Positions 38,014 to 50,959 of a stretch of 64,000 bases of DNA are shown here, piece after piece. The notes below the pieces were generated by a model. The model did not search any database and had not been told where the DNA came from. It saw nothing but the letters and a program-made list of their open reading frames with translations. Made by a program: the position numbers and the translations under genes. Positions within the stretch are counted from its first letter, which is position 1. Each line of letters begins with the position of its first letter. This DNA is from Octopus bimaculoides (taxonomy: Eukaryota): positions 91,106,813 through 91,170,812 of the forward strand of contig NC_068986.1 of the NCBI RefSeq assembly GCF_001194135.2, read 5' to 3'.

Positions 38014-39352
38014 CAGCAGCATCTACATTCTCATACTTGCAAGGAGTCAAATGAAATTCATGAAGGCAGATTTTGCATAGCCTGATTTGTTTTTTTCCTG
38101 TCATTAATCTTCTCTTGTTTTCATGTTAGATAATATTTTCACTAGTCCTTCAACCATGGGCAGCAGAGTGGATGGACTTGATTTCACAGAGGATTGTAAA
38201 TGAGTGACATGGCTTGTATGATGGTAACATTTATTTACAATTAGTGTTTCCTTGTCAAGACAAGCAGAACACTTGGCATATGTTAATGGTATGCTGTTAC
38301 TCTGCGAACAAGAAAACCTCAAGATGGTTGCTAAACTTGCTAAGAATAGCAATCAATTTCCCACAAATCATGCCTTACCATCTTAAAGCAGAGTACAATA
38401 GACAGTATAGTCTTTCATATATGAAAAGACAAGAGAGCCACTACTGGAACACCTTTGATCACAGCTCTACTTGATTTGGGATTACCTGGATTCAAACAAC
38501 AACATTATTGCTCTATTTAACTGACATTTTGTGTATTATCTATAAATATAGTTCTGCTTCATTAAAATATGAATAATATAGTATTTGTTTGAATTTACCA
38601 TATATTCATCTTACTGTGTACCAGAACCAAAAAGACATTTGTGGCTCAAGGCATAGACTATAGATCATACAATTGACATTGCTTTTGTTGTTGTTATTTT
38701 TATAACCACTGTTGTTGTTGTTGTATTTGATGTCACCAAAACTACTTGGAATGGTATATCATAAAATCTGCAAACTCAACCATATTTCCTCTGGGTTACA
38801 CCACATATAATCCCTTGAATTTAGGGAGCATCTTTGCTGAATACACTATATACATTTCTATTTAAGATTCTATTTCACACACCCGCCTTGTATAATATGA
38901 TGTTCTACAAGGATCTACTTTCTCACCTACACTCATCTTCCTGATGAGTGACCTAGATATTACTGTGTCCAGTTAAACCTACCATTATAGCTAAAGCATT
39001 TTCCTTGCTATTTTGTTATTGCATCTGCCATGCAGTCACTAACTAAGCTGTTTATTATCAGCTCATTACAATACATTATGAGTTTAAATGAGGCTGTGGA
39101 GTGGATGTAACACAGTGAGGTGCACTTCCGTTCTACCATAAAAAAATAATAAGGTACCGAGAAGCTGAATTCCTTTCCAGTCTTACATTTCTGTCTCTCT
39201 TTCTCTCTGTGTTTGAGTTACTCTTTTAACTCAAGACTAACTACTTGTTTTGGAGGAGTAAGGGCTTCTATAACTCATTGGTTGGTACTCTTTCCTAGCT
39301 AACTCCTATTTTCTCTTTTTCTTTTTCCATATACTTGTGTGTGTGCACATGA

Positions 39353-39390
<38 letters not shown>

Positions 39391-39447
39391 TTTGTGTTTC
39401 TAGCTTTTGGTCTGCATTTCTCTTCAACAAGCCTCTTGTCTCTAGAT

Positions 39448-39763
39448 CAGGTGTCGGCCACTTTTTTTGTTATGGCTCAGTTTTGATTTTCTTTTTAACA
39501 TTCTTCCATGAACTACATGCAAATTATATTGTGTCTTGAATATAAAAAAATCTCTGTGTAGCCCTCATTTCATCAATAGCAATGCTTCTTATGTAAGTAA
39601 AAATTAAACTAATCATAATGCAAAAGATCATCGAAAAAGCTATCAACTGCTCACTGGTTTACAAATACATTAAATTTAGAACAATGTTTGCAAAAGACCC
39701 AATGTCCACAGAGTACATCACAATGGTTCGCTTGTGGGCTATGGCCCACCTCTTGCCAATGCA
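39448..39763. mobile_element. Possible degenerate hAT MITE
   Basis: Left end ctctagat|caggtgtcggcca fits an NTCTAGAN target plus Charlie-like TIR. The right end (ttgccaatgc) is weak. Confidence 0.3.
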
Positions 39764-40247
39764 AACTCTGTTTATTTGCCTGTCACATGAAGCCATCACA
39801 AAATTCATACTGTAACTTCACTTTCATATCTAATTGGCTGTGACAGATTGATAGCTTCATTCATATCTCAAAAATATGTTATTTTTGATCCTTATTGTTT
39901 CAACATCAATCAATAATATTCACTTGATATTATTTCATGGATCTCTTTGTGTATAATTTTTTTTGTTTTTTGTTTCATATTGCGACTAATATCACATATA
40001 TTGATATATTATATTTCCTTTAATTTAGAATTAACTCTATTGGACCTGCTTGCTACCCACCTGAAGATGGCAGCTCACTTGGTATGTGATGTCTCTACTA
40101 TTACTCATGCAAACACACACACATGCATATATATATATATATATATATAGAAGAAATAATTAAGATTCAGTTGTTAGGTACTTAAGTTGAGGCACCAAGT
40201 CAGTCCGGTGTTATCTACCCAGCTTGAAGTAAGGTGAATAAAAAGCA

Positions 40248-40446
40248 AATAAGTAACAAGGATGTCAAGGTATTAGTGCATAACAGCCGTTTCAGGTGGC
40301 TCCATTTAATCAAACAATGCAAGCATTACATCAATTTGAAATACACCGCCGTCTTCGGATACATGCATCTGAAGATGGCGGTGTATTTCAAATTGATGTA
40401 ATGCTTGCATTGTTCGATTAAATGGAGTCATCCTTGTTACTTATTT
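40248..40446. repeat. Near-perfect fold-back (inner ~65-bp arms, outer 18-bp arms) with hammerhead-like halves
   Basis: 40299-40363 is the near reverse complement of 40364-40428, and 40248-40265 of 40429-40446. A 33-bp segment (40266-40298) is present only in the left arm. Confidence 0.92.
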
Positions 40447-40723
40447 TCTAGAAATGGCTGCTAAATCTCCTTCATTCCCAATAACACACTGTCATCTTAA
40501 CACTTTTATGACTATATTTCTAATGTTATACCTTCAAATATGTTTGGTTATCTTTAGAGGCTATGCATATTTTTTTTTAATGCCTGGAAATTAAATTCAA
40601 TGAAAATATATGAAGTCATAGATACTATCAATAATTCATTCCCTTACACTCTTTGGTCTCTTAGTTAAATCAGTTACTCTTCAGTTACCTGTAAGTAAAT
40701 CATCTACATCTCTTTATCTGAAG

Positions 40724-40765
40724 GATGTCTGGGAAAACCCAGCATATGGAGACGGTCATTCCGAG
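40724..40765 (+). CDS. 42-nt symmetric exon ((S)MSGKTQHMETVIP(R))
   Basis: tctttatctgaAG acceptor, GAG|GTATGT donor. Phase 2-2 fits both neighbours. Confidence 0.7.
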
Positions 40766-40879
40766 GTATGTATTTTCAGTTAGGTCTATAGAACAAACAC
40801 TGTAGTACATAGTTTTACAGTTACCTTTGTCTAGCACCTGCTCTAACCAACATAATCCTTTTACTAACATTTTATTTTC

Positions 40880-41300
40880 TCATGTTCAATCATTTTTTTA
40901 GACAATCATTAATTGGCAAAACAACTCCAACACCATCAGCTTTTCTTCTATCAGTGGAGATCCCCCATTCCCAAAATAGTCTTTAGTATCACTCATAATC
41001 TCTCTTCCATTTGACATCCTGTTGAGACCAAGCATGTTGTATCTGATGTTCCCAAACCTTTCGGAATAGAGTAGCACAGAATTCTTAAGATAAAACACAT
41101 TATGTGTTCCACCCATATCTAGAGCTTTTTTGCTAAGCACACTGTATCCTTTTGTTTTGAAGACATTTCAAATATCCACCTTGTACGCCCTAGTATCCTG
41201 CAAATATACACCATCTCAACTATACACTTCCTCTTCATGAGCTATTAGTTGCCACTTTATCCCATAGACAAACTCTACAGCTATACATTTTTCGAATCAT
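40880..41300 (-). mobile_element. Possible highly degenerate RTE-like LINE fragment
   Basis: Minus-strand peptides EKLMVLELFCQL (cf. LEVVDxFCYLG) and CRVCLWDKVATNS (cf. RTE Cys motif). The resemblance is weak. Confidence 0.25.
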
Positions 41301-41944
41301 ATTTTGTCCCTTCTTGTCAAGTTTCATCTTCTGGTATATGTTAAAAATCATTATCACAGTTTAGACAAAATAACAATTATAACCAAAAACCTGCTTTAAC
41401 CATCACCTTCATTACTTCCTCAAATAATATTTCTTAAGCCAAGACAGAACATACTTCATATCAAATAAACAACGTTGTTGTTGACTAAGATTATCTTGAA
41501 CCAGGAATAGGGGCTCTGATTTTTTAAAAAGTGTGTTACAGACTTTTGTATGGTTGTAATTTTTTGGATTATTAACTGCAGTCCATCAAGAATGTAATCT
41601 TTGCATGTTTAGGGTGACAAGCCCTTAAGGAATTTCACTGAGAGATTGAAACTCATTAGCTACACTCAACTAATGCAGTTGTGCAAGGAGATGGTGCTGC
41701 AGGTGAGAGGTTGTTACCAGATGGAGCCAGTGGCAGATGAGCTTGTTCTGAAGTAGGAATAGCCAAAAACCCTATTAAAAGATACTGTCTCATTCTGATG
41801 CCACATACCTCTTCCATTTTTTCACATAGCCATGTCTGAATCTTATATCATCATCATTATTCTCTCATCTACTTTTCCATGCTTGCATGGATTGGACAGA
41901 GTTTATTGAGGTAGATTTTCTACAGCCAGCCACCCTTCCTGTCA

Positions 41945-42013
<69 letters not shown>

Positions 42014-43447
42014 TATATAAAAGGTAGAACAGAAAATATACAACAAACGGAAACTGTCAAAACACATCATGTGCAAAAAAGGATGGTAGCAGGACAATGG
42101 TAAACAGGACAAAACAAGATACACGGATCATTCACGGCCAATTGCCTCTTCAGTTGGAGTCCAGAATATCCACATAGTTTCACCCACTTATCTCCGATAC
42201 TACTCAAAACCAACTGGGCCAAGGACTTAAGCTAAAAGTATTAAGCCTCTGGGCAAGGCAAATGAATGTACATATATGAAAACAAATAAGTAAACAACAG
42301 AAAGGGTCTTTCGACTATCAGACGAGTGTAGTAAGCTCGCACAAGGAAAATGGAAGTGGAAAAATCTTAACAGACCAAGCGGCAGGACAGAACAGAATAG
42401 ATGCAACTGATCTCAAAGGTGGCCGGCCGAAAAAGGACAACAGTGCCTGAACTGGACAGCAATCACATGGGAGGGGAGGGGAGGAGTTGAAGAGGGCAGA
42501 GGGACTATAGATAGATAGATGGATGGATGGATATTATCATCATCATCCTCATTTAATGTCTGTTTTCCAAGCTGGCATGGGTTGGATGCATTGACAGGAA
42601 CTGACTAGTCAGAAGACAAGACCAAGCTCTATTGTCTGCTTTGGCTTGGTTTCTATGGTTGGATACCCTTTCCTAATGCCTACCATTTTACAGAGTGTAC
42701 TGGGTACTTTTTGTGTAGCATCAGCAGCAGTGAGGTCACCAAGTAACTTGCAAGACAGACCCCCCACTCAGTTGGCGGGGAGAAGTATTGAAGGACAAAA
42801 AAAATGTCTGGCATTACAGGAGAAACATAGCTACCTCAAGTAGAAAAAAAGAGATGGTGAAGATGTAACAGGGTGGTTATAGGTGTATAAAGTGAAGTGA
42901 ATCAGACACTGGGGAAGATGAGTGGGTGGGTCAGTTCACAAGCTTGTGAAAGGAGAGCAGGAGCTGATGGAGGATGAGGAATGTCATGAGTGGGCATGGG
43001 TAGAGGGAAGGGGTATTAGAAGGCTATATTGTGGGTAAGGGATTCAGCAGAGATATATTTTGTGTAGGGAGGTTTATGAGGGAAAATAGAGGGGAAGGGA
43101 CCATGGACATAAGAGGCATACCCTCATGACCTGGATTTTATTTAATTGAGTGGGTCTTCTCAAGCACAGCAAATTACCAATTGTTTTATTCCTTTGTCAT
43201 GTCCCCTGTGCAGTTTGGCATCTAAATATCATTTCTCACCACTTCATCCTGGGACTTCCTCTTCCACAGATTCCCTCTACATTCAGAGTTTGGCATTTCT
43301 TTATGCAGCTCTCATCCATATGCATCACATGACTACACCAGTGCAGTCTTTTCTCTTGCACTCTACAACTGATGCCTCTTATACTCAGTTTTTTTCTCAA
43401 AACATTTACACTTTACCATACATGCACATTGACAATGCACATCCAGC

Positions 43448-43479
<32 letters not shown>

Positions 43480-44371
43480 TCATTTAAAATGCAGAGATGC
43501 CTATAATAGGACATCTACTCGCTAGAAACAGCAGCAAAAGACTACATACCACAAAAGTTAGGGATAATTTCGAAAGGAAATGAAAAATAAAAACTTTTAC
43601 CAATCTATATTCTGTACCATGGTTTCAAGTCAATTTTAGTAAGATAAAGATTATATCTTACAAGGTCGGACTATCGTCAGCAGAAATGACCAGACAATTT
43701 CGGCATTTTTGCATTTTTGTATTTGCTGCCGATTAGGTAAACCGTAAATACGCGGTATATTTTGNNNNNNNNNNNNNNNNNNNNNNNNNNNNNNNNNNNN
43801 NNNNNNNNNNNNNNNNNNNNNNNNNNNNNNNNNNNNNNNNNNNNNNNNNNNNNNNNNNNNNNNNNNNNNNNNNNNNNNNNNNNNNNNNNNNNNNNNNNNN
43901 NNNNNNNNNNNNNNNNNNNNNNNNNNNNNNNNNNNNNNNNNNNNNNNNNNNNNNNNNNNNNNNNNNNNNNNNNNNNNNNNNNNNNNNNNNNNNNNNNNNN
44001 NNNNNNNNNNNNNNNNNNNNNNNNNNNNNNNNNNNNNNNNNNNNNNNNNNNNNNNNNNNNNNNNNNNNNNNNNNNNNNNNNNNNNNNNNNNNNNNNNNNN
44101 NNNNNNNNNNNNNNNNNNNNNNNNNNNNNNNNNNNNNNNNNNNNNNNNNNNNNNNNNNNNNNNNNNNNNNNNNNNNNNNNNNNNNNNNNNNNNNNNNNNN
44201 NNNNNNNNNNNNNNNNNNNNNNNNNNNNNNNNNNNNNNNNNNNNNNNNNNNNNNNNNNNNNNNNNNNNNNNNNNNNNNNNNNNNNNNNNNNNNNNNNNNN
44301 NNNNNNNNNNNNNNNNNNNNNNNNNNNNNNNNNNNNNNNNNNNNNNNNNNNNNNNNNNNNNNNNNNNNNNN

Positions 44372-44405
<34 letters not shown>

Positions 44406-45812
44406 GTACTGGAAGTTTAGAGGTAATACTTGATAAGTGTAAGCACCTGTATATGCCAGAGGTGAAAGCTTGAAACACGTGTACCGCGATATCCTTTGTG
44501 TTCTGTTTTCAATTTACGTTTGATATATATATATTTATATATATAGAATTTGTAATACAAAGAATGTTATATCTGCAAATCAACAACCAAGATATATTAA
44601 AATAGATATATTTGAGATCATGAATTTTGAGCATGCTTCATTTGGATCCATCAGGGAGATTATAAGAAATGAACTCATATTGGCTTGTAAATGTACACTT
44701 TAAAACAATGAACATTCATATATGCATACACACACATAAACACACACATATATTAGTCAAACACTAATTTAAAGATTAATCTGTGCCTTTCAGTAGAGTA
44801 ACATATTAACTTCATTTGAACAAGTTACTTACATGTTTCAACTATGTAGCATAGCCTTGATCAGACAGTCTGTAGATGGTTACAAAACTGAAACTTCCAA
44901 GCAGATGTCAACCTGGCATGTGCCATCAGTAATTACTCAGGGCAGGTAGTTGGTGATGTTTATGTGGTAAAACATACAAAAAATAAGTGAAACACAGGCG
45001 CACGACTGAGTTGTAGGCAGATTTACTTCTGCCATTATAGCGCGTAAAGAAAACATTGTTGTCGGAATGTACGCAGAACGTGTATTACAACAGTTCTATG
45101 CATAGCTTTAATACTGAGATTGAAAGGTAGGGGCAAATTATGCCTGCCTAATCTACAAAAAAATAAAATATTTTGTATTTTATGCATAGTGATCAGAGTA
45201 ACCTTCATAATTTTATTGACTTAGGTGCATATTTTGCCATAAAAGGAAAATATTACTACTGATCTATTTTATTCAGGGTAGGCACTGCCGACCTTGCCTA
45301 CCCAGGCGGCATGTCCTTGCTTATGGAAATTAAATGTGAATGTGTGTGTGTGTGTGTGTGCGTGCCTATATGCCTTCATTGTCCTCAATTCTTATTGTTA
45401 TTTATTTCAGATGGCAGTATATTATCTGCAGACAAATACTACAGTGTAAGTGGCACAGTAGTGCAGGGACGCCACCTAATGTTGCTAGAAGGAGATGTTT
45501 ACTGTAAAGTCAGGTTGCAAACGTATGCATTTTATTTCTACGTAACTTAGACATTACCCATCTGTGTGTCTCTCACTCACTCACTTTCCATCTCTGTATA
45601 TATATATATATGCTGAAAATTTTCTTGCTTTAATGGTATTGCAAAAAGTCTGGTTGGCTGCCCAACCTTCTGAGTTCTTTTACAGGGTCTAGAAAAACTA
45701 AAAGACTGCTGCAATAAGTGTGTGAATCTGAGAGGGGGAATGTGTTAAGTAAAATCATAATTAAATGACCCTCTTGTATGTTCTTTTGCTCAAAGCCAGG
45801 AACTTTTCAGCA

Positions 45813-46864
45813 TGTAATTGTGTACCATTTTTTTTCATCCTTGTTTTCGTATACATTCGCTTGCTTTCTTCCAAAGAATCTAGTGCTCTTAGCTTAGATT
45901 TTTTTGTGGGGCTGGCCAGATTGGGGCAGTCTCGAGTGTAACCAGCCAAAACTGCAACGACGATCTGGAACTCGGCTGATGATAGAAAGCTCTAAATGAC
46001 CTGTCCTTGTTTTTACCTGTCCTTTTTTGTATCGTTTAACTGTCTGGGTGTTTTGTTGTCGCCTGTTACGTTCTTGTTCCATTTTTTGTTTTGTTTTTTT
46101 TATATATACATATAGCGGCATGCATACACATTCGGTCTCCTGTATGTAAGTATATATATACACATATATATCTAAATTTTGTACGATCCTTTTAGCCCCC
46201 TTCACACTTTCTTCATTCTTTCCACTTTTCTCGCTCCCCTCTCTCACATTTCTTGGCCTTCCCTTCATTCTCATCACTTTCCCTCCTCTTTTACCTCCCT
46301 TGTACCTCACTCTGTCCCTTTCTTTTTCTCTCTTTCTTCTCCCTCCCTAATTCCCCAATCTCCCTGCCCCCTACCTGTCTCCTCTCCTTCCACAGGACTG
46401 GTGTTTCGCCAGGCCCAACCTTTCTTGGTTCGACTACCATCTGTATAGCATCTCTTCTATTACTTCCTATGACTTTCATCTCTTATGTTCCTGCCATAAG
46501 GTTTCACTCCACACAGGCCAGTTTAATTTAATTCATCTTTAGTCAAAAGACACCTATTGTTAATGTCCTGTTGTTTGTATTTGTAATTGTGTACCATTTC
46601 TCCGGTTTTTTTTTCATCCTTGTTTTCGTATACATTCACTTGCTTTCTTCCAAAGAATCTAGTGCTCTTAGCTTAGATTTTTTTTGGGGGACCCAGCCAG
46701 ATTGGAGCAGTCTCGAGTGTAACCAGCCAAACTTGCAACGACGATCTGGAACTCAACTGATGATAGAAAACTCTGAATGACCCATCCTTGTTTTTTCCTG
46801 TCCTTTTTTGTATCGTCTAATTGTCCAGATGTTTTGTTGTCACCTGTTACATTCTTGTTTCATT
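45813..46864 (+). mobile_element. Element with ~270-280-bp direct repeats (45813-46083, 46582-46864) around a pyrimidine-rich core
   Basis: Direct reading shows long shared blocks (ccaaagaatctagtgctcttagcttagatt; gcaacgacgatctggaactc; CTGATGATAGAAA). Period is about 770 bp. Confidence 0.85.
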
Positions 46865-47559
46865 TATATATATATATATATCCCTTTTGTTCCTGCACTC
46901 CTCTCACTCTCACTCTCTTTCTTTCTCTCTCTCTCTCCCCATGTATGTATAACTTTATGCCTAATTTCCATCATAAGAAATATTGTATTGAAGTAGAATG
47001 GAGTAAACAGTTTAGTGCTAGGCTAAAATCCTTGTACAATATGAGCTCAAGTCATGTCAAGACCAATTTAACCTTCATCATTCCATCATTCATAAAATAA
47101 GCAGCAGTCAAATACTCGGGTCAACTGTGCACTACACCCATCACTCAAACTAGTGCCAAACTTGGAAATCAATTTTAATAATTATGAAATATTGAAATTG
47201 TCATAAACGAATCACCTTTTAGAATTTAGTTATGCCCCTAAATATTCTGAATCAAATCATTCCTGAATTCAAAGTGATAAATACCAGTGAAATACTAGGT
47301 TTGATTTAATCCACTCTACTCCGCCTCCCAGAATATTTCTGGTCTTTTCCTTTGTTCTTGTCTTTCATTTTTGAAGATGACCAAAACTGTACCACCTAAA
47401 CAGCAATGATTAGCAGTGGAAGACACAGCCATATGGGTAACTAGAGAATTGTGATTGCTCCCCATCTATAATATCCTACTTTCTGAGTACTCTTGCAATG
47501 AGGAAAATGTAGAAGCAGCGGTATCTTATTGTTGCAGATGCATGTGATTAACCCAACAG

Positions 47560-47960
47560 GCAACAACAGGTTATCTGTCTGTGGTTTCAAGAAGGTCAAG
47601 TCTTGCCTTGTCCTAAATTCGGATTATAGTTTGGGAGACCTGCACTGGGCACCCAGTAGTAAGGTGTGGTGAGATGCCCAAATACATACCAGAAATACAG
47701 TGAGATAATCAAGGTGATCCCTGTATATCACTGTGCTGCTGTGAGGTATGCATCCCACTTTGTTGACTATTGCCTTTTTTTCCATTGAAACTTGACCACT
47801 CATGGTTTTGATTTCTTCTGCACAGTCCATCAGAAATCCTGTCTGCTAATGCCATTGCCCAGTAGTGGCACACTGCAAAATGCAGACAGTTTGTGAAGGG
47901 CCAGTAACAGCTAGGTGACAGGTGCAAAAAGTAGCAGACAAGCTGTTGTGAAAAGGAATT
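47560..47960 (-). pseudogene. Decayed non-LTR reverse transcriptase fragment (R4/Dong/NeSL-like)
   Basis: Minus-strand YWPFTNCLHFAVCHYWAMALADRIS (cf. YRPITCL...YK...LA.RI), KKGNSQQSG (cf. QKG...GC), and a frameshifted IYQGD/SPL-like segment. Confidence 0.45.
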
Positions 47961-48057
47961 GGTCAAACTCTACAAAAAGTGCTATTCCTTCCTGACATCC
48001 CATATCTCATAACCTAGTATTGTACCTAACTTAGAAATATGTATTGCAGTATGAAGT

Positions 48058-48275
48058 GAAGGTGGCAAGCTGGTAGAAATGTTAGCATGTTGGGCGAACT
48101 GCTTAGCGGTATTTTGTCTGTCTTTACATTCTGAGTTCAAATTCCACCAAGGTCGACTTTGCCTTTCATCCTTTCGGAGTCAATAAATTAAGTACCAGTT
48201 GCATACTGGGGTCTATCTAATCAACTGGCCCCCTCCTCCAAAAATTTCGGGCCTTGTGCCTAGAGTAGAAAAGAA
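48058..48275 (+). mobile_element. Near-complete copy of the dominant MetaSINE-like family
   Basis: ggtggcaagctggtagaaatgttagc...ctgagttcaaattccaccaaggtcgactttgcctttcatcctttcggagtcaataaattaagtaccag...cctagagtagaaaagaa. Confidence 0.85.
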
Positions 48276-48488
48276 GTATGTAGTTATACTCCTTTATGTT
48301 CTGAGTTCAAATTTTGCTGGAATCTACTTTGTATTTATTTCATCCCTGCCTAGTTAGGTAGGGGATAAAATAAGTACCAGTCAAATATTGCTGTTGATTT
48401 GATTATGCCCTTTCCTCACTGTGCTACTGTAAGAGACCATTATCATTATCATCATGAGTAATTTCTTGTACACTTCTATTCTCTGCAG

Positions 48489-48597
48489 GCACCATCTCTC
48501 AAATGCGCGAACTAAATTACGATCAAGCGGGAGGATTCTTGGCCGTTCCACCACTGTTAAAGCCCAGCTTGAACCTCAGTTCAACTTGAACTTTGAA
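48489..48597 (+). CDS. Degenerate C2 exon ((R)HHLSNARTKLRSSGRILGRSTTVKAQLEPQFNLNFE)
   Basis: ctattctctgcAG acceptor, GTAAGT donor. Only phase 2 to 0 is open. G-R-S-T-T-V-K-x-x-L-x-P-x-F-N mimics the C2 KTxVxKxTLNPxWN motif. Confidence 0.9.
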
Positions 48598-49306
48598 GTA
48601 AGTCTGATATTTTGTTTTGTTATTATTATGTAGCCAACAGAATTCTTAGGATACCAGACAAAATGCTTAGTAGCAGTTTGCCAGTCTTTACGTTCTGAGT
48701 TCAAATTCTGTTGAGGTCAGCTTTACCCTTCATCTTTTTGGGGTCCACAAAATAAGTACCAATTGCATACTGGGGTCAATGTTATTGACTACCCCTTCCT
48801 TAAAATTCCAGGCTTTGTGCATATAGCACTGATCAAATAGATCTGTGAACAAAATCATTCTGATCATGTACAGCTCATCTTTGTTTACTAAGCTTTGTGT
48901 ATCTAGAATTATATAATTCAATACATTCTTCCTTTCTTAAAATGACAGATCATGGTTTAGGGGAAATTTGACTGCTATTTCTAGCAGATCAGGAAACCAT
49001 GTAAAGGCTCCCATGTTAGTTACTGTGGACATCCTTATTATTAGAATGGTTGTCTTTACTACACCAAGTAATATCAACTGACAATCCACCTATTTTGCCA
49101 GCCATCAGATCAGTAATAATTTGTTATATTAAAGTGCTAATGACAGGTTCCTGTGGTATAAGCAATGTTGTCATACTGAGTAAAGAGAATAGTAAAAATG
49201 GGTGTGTGTGTGTTATAATGAGAGAGAGAGAGAGAGGCAACAGACAGACAGATTCCAACAAACACTACAGGCCCATACACTCACATAAATACAAATGTTA
49301 TTGGTA

Positions 49307-49342
<36 letters not shown>

Positions 49343-50764
49343 GCTATTTAATACTTTGTAATTGTTTATAATTAAACCATGGAATATCTATCAGGTCACT
49401 TAGTAATAATAATAATCCTTTCTATTATAGGCACAAGGCCTGAAATTTTGTGGGAGTGGGCTAGTTAAATACATCAACACCATGCTCCATTAGTATTTAT
49501 TTAATCAAGACATTGGCAGAATTTGAACTCTGAATGTAAAGAGCTGGAATAAATGCAGCTGAGCATTTTCTCTGAGACACTGACAATTCTGCCAGCTCGT
49601 TGTTCTAATAACAGTTATAATAACAGCAACTAATTCAACCAATCATCATCATTTTCATCATCAGTTGAACAGGTCTTCAGTACAATTTCTATAAATCTTT
49701 CTCACATTTTGCCCTTAGTCTACCTCTACTACTTGTACCTCCACAATTAGCACACATCATTTATTTACACCTCACACACATCATCGTCAGCTTTTCAAGT
49801 GTCTATCCAAACATAAATCCATCCTCTCTATGACGCGCAATATTAGCTGATTATCTCTATTGCCATTAAACATAACATACCAACATACCTTTAGTAGGTT
49901 TTTTTGTTTTTTTTTACTAAAATCTCTGTTAAAACATCAAAAACTAACAAGATTAAATTGATGAAACCTTGTTTATTTAAGACAGCTCAATGCCAAAAAT
50001 GTTCTTATAAACAAACTTATATTGATTTATCTTAAACATTACCAAGCCATTACAAATAATATTAAGGTATTAGCAGTAAGGAAAAACATTACATGAAGTA
50101 TATGTTCTTAATCTTCTTTTATAGTTCCGTTTATATTTAAGCTACATTATCATCGTCATTCATCATCATTCACAATTAGCGTCCACTTTCCCATGCTTGC
50201 ATTGGTCAGGTAGAATTTTGTTAAGGTAGATTTTTTTTGGTTGGAGATCCTTCCTGATGCTAAGCATTACCAGCTGGTTGGAAACAAACTCCATCACTTG
50301 TGTGACAGTGATACCCATTTACAATCATCACGTGATGTCAAAACAAAGATACACACACATATACAATAGGCTTCTTACAGTTTCCATCTACCAAATCCAC
50401 ATACAAGGCTACTGTGGAAGACACCTATCCAAAGAGCCACACAGGGGAATGAACCTAAGACACATAGTTGGGAAGCAAGCTCCTCAACCATGCAGAGCCA
50501 TGTCTGCTCATGTCTCCTTGTCTGGGCTTCACATTATAGGCACATTATAGGAATATAAGTGATTTTCAGAGCATGACTGGTATTTTATTGACCCCAGAAT
50601 GATACAAAACAAAGTTTATCTTTGTTGAATTTGAACTTGAAACATAAAAAGCTGTAGGTGAAAGACATTTAGAATTAAATCAATCTCAATATCTTGTTTA
50701 AAGATTTGTTTCAATTTAATATAGTTTTTTTTTTTAATAATTTTTTGGTAATTAATTATTTTTC

Positions 50765-50796
<32 letters not shown>

Positions 50797-50959
50797 TATT
50801 ATTATTATTATTATTATTAAATAGATTGGTTTTTTTGAGGCATATTTCTGTATTGGTTTCTGTTTATTTTATTTTTTTGTTATGGATTTAATCAGCAGTC
50901 TGCTATTAATTATAATGTCCCTTTAGTCTGGTCACCTTAGTCTATTTTTCCTTCTTCAG

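Noticed and set aside
43651-44478. Longest ORF in the track (275 aa)
   Set aside because: It consists of Ns and TA repeats.
44870-44897. CTGTAGA-TGGTT-ACAA-AACT-GAAAC-TTC hammerhead-like string
   Set aside because: Core and cleavage site are both mutated, there is no stem I, and it overlaps a different dispersed repeat.
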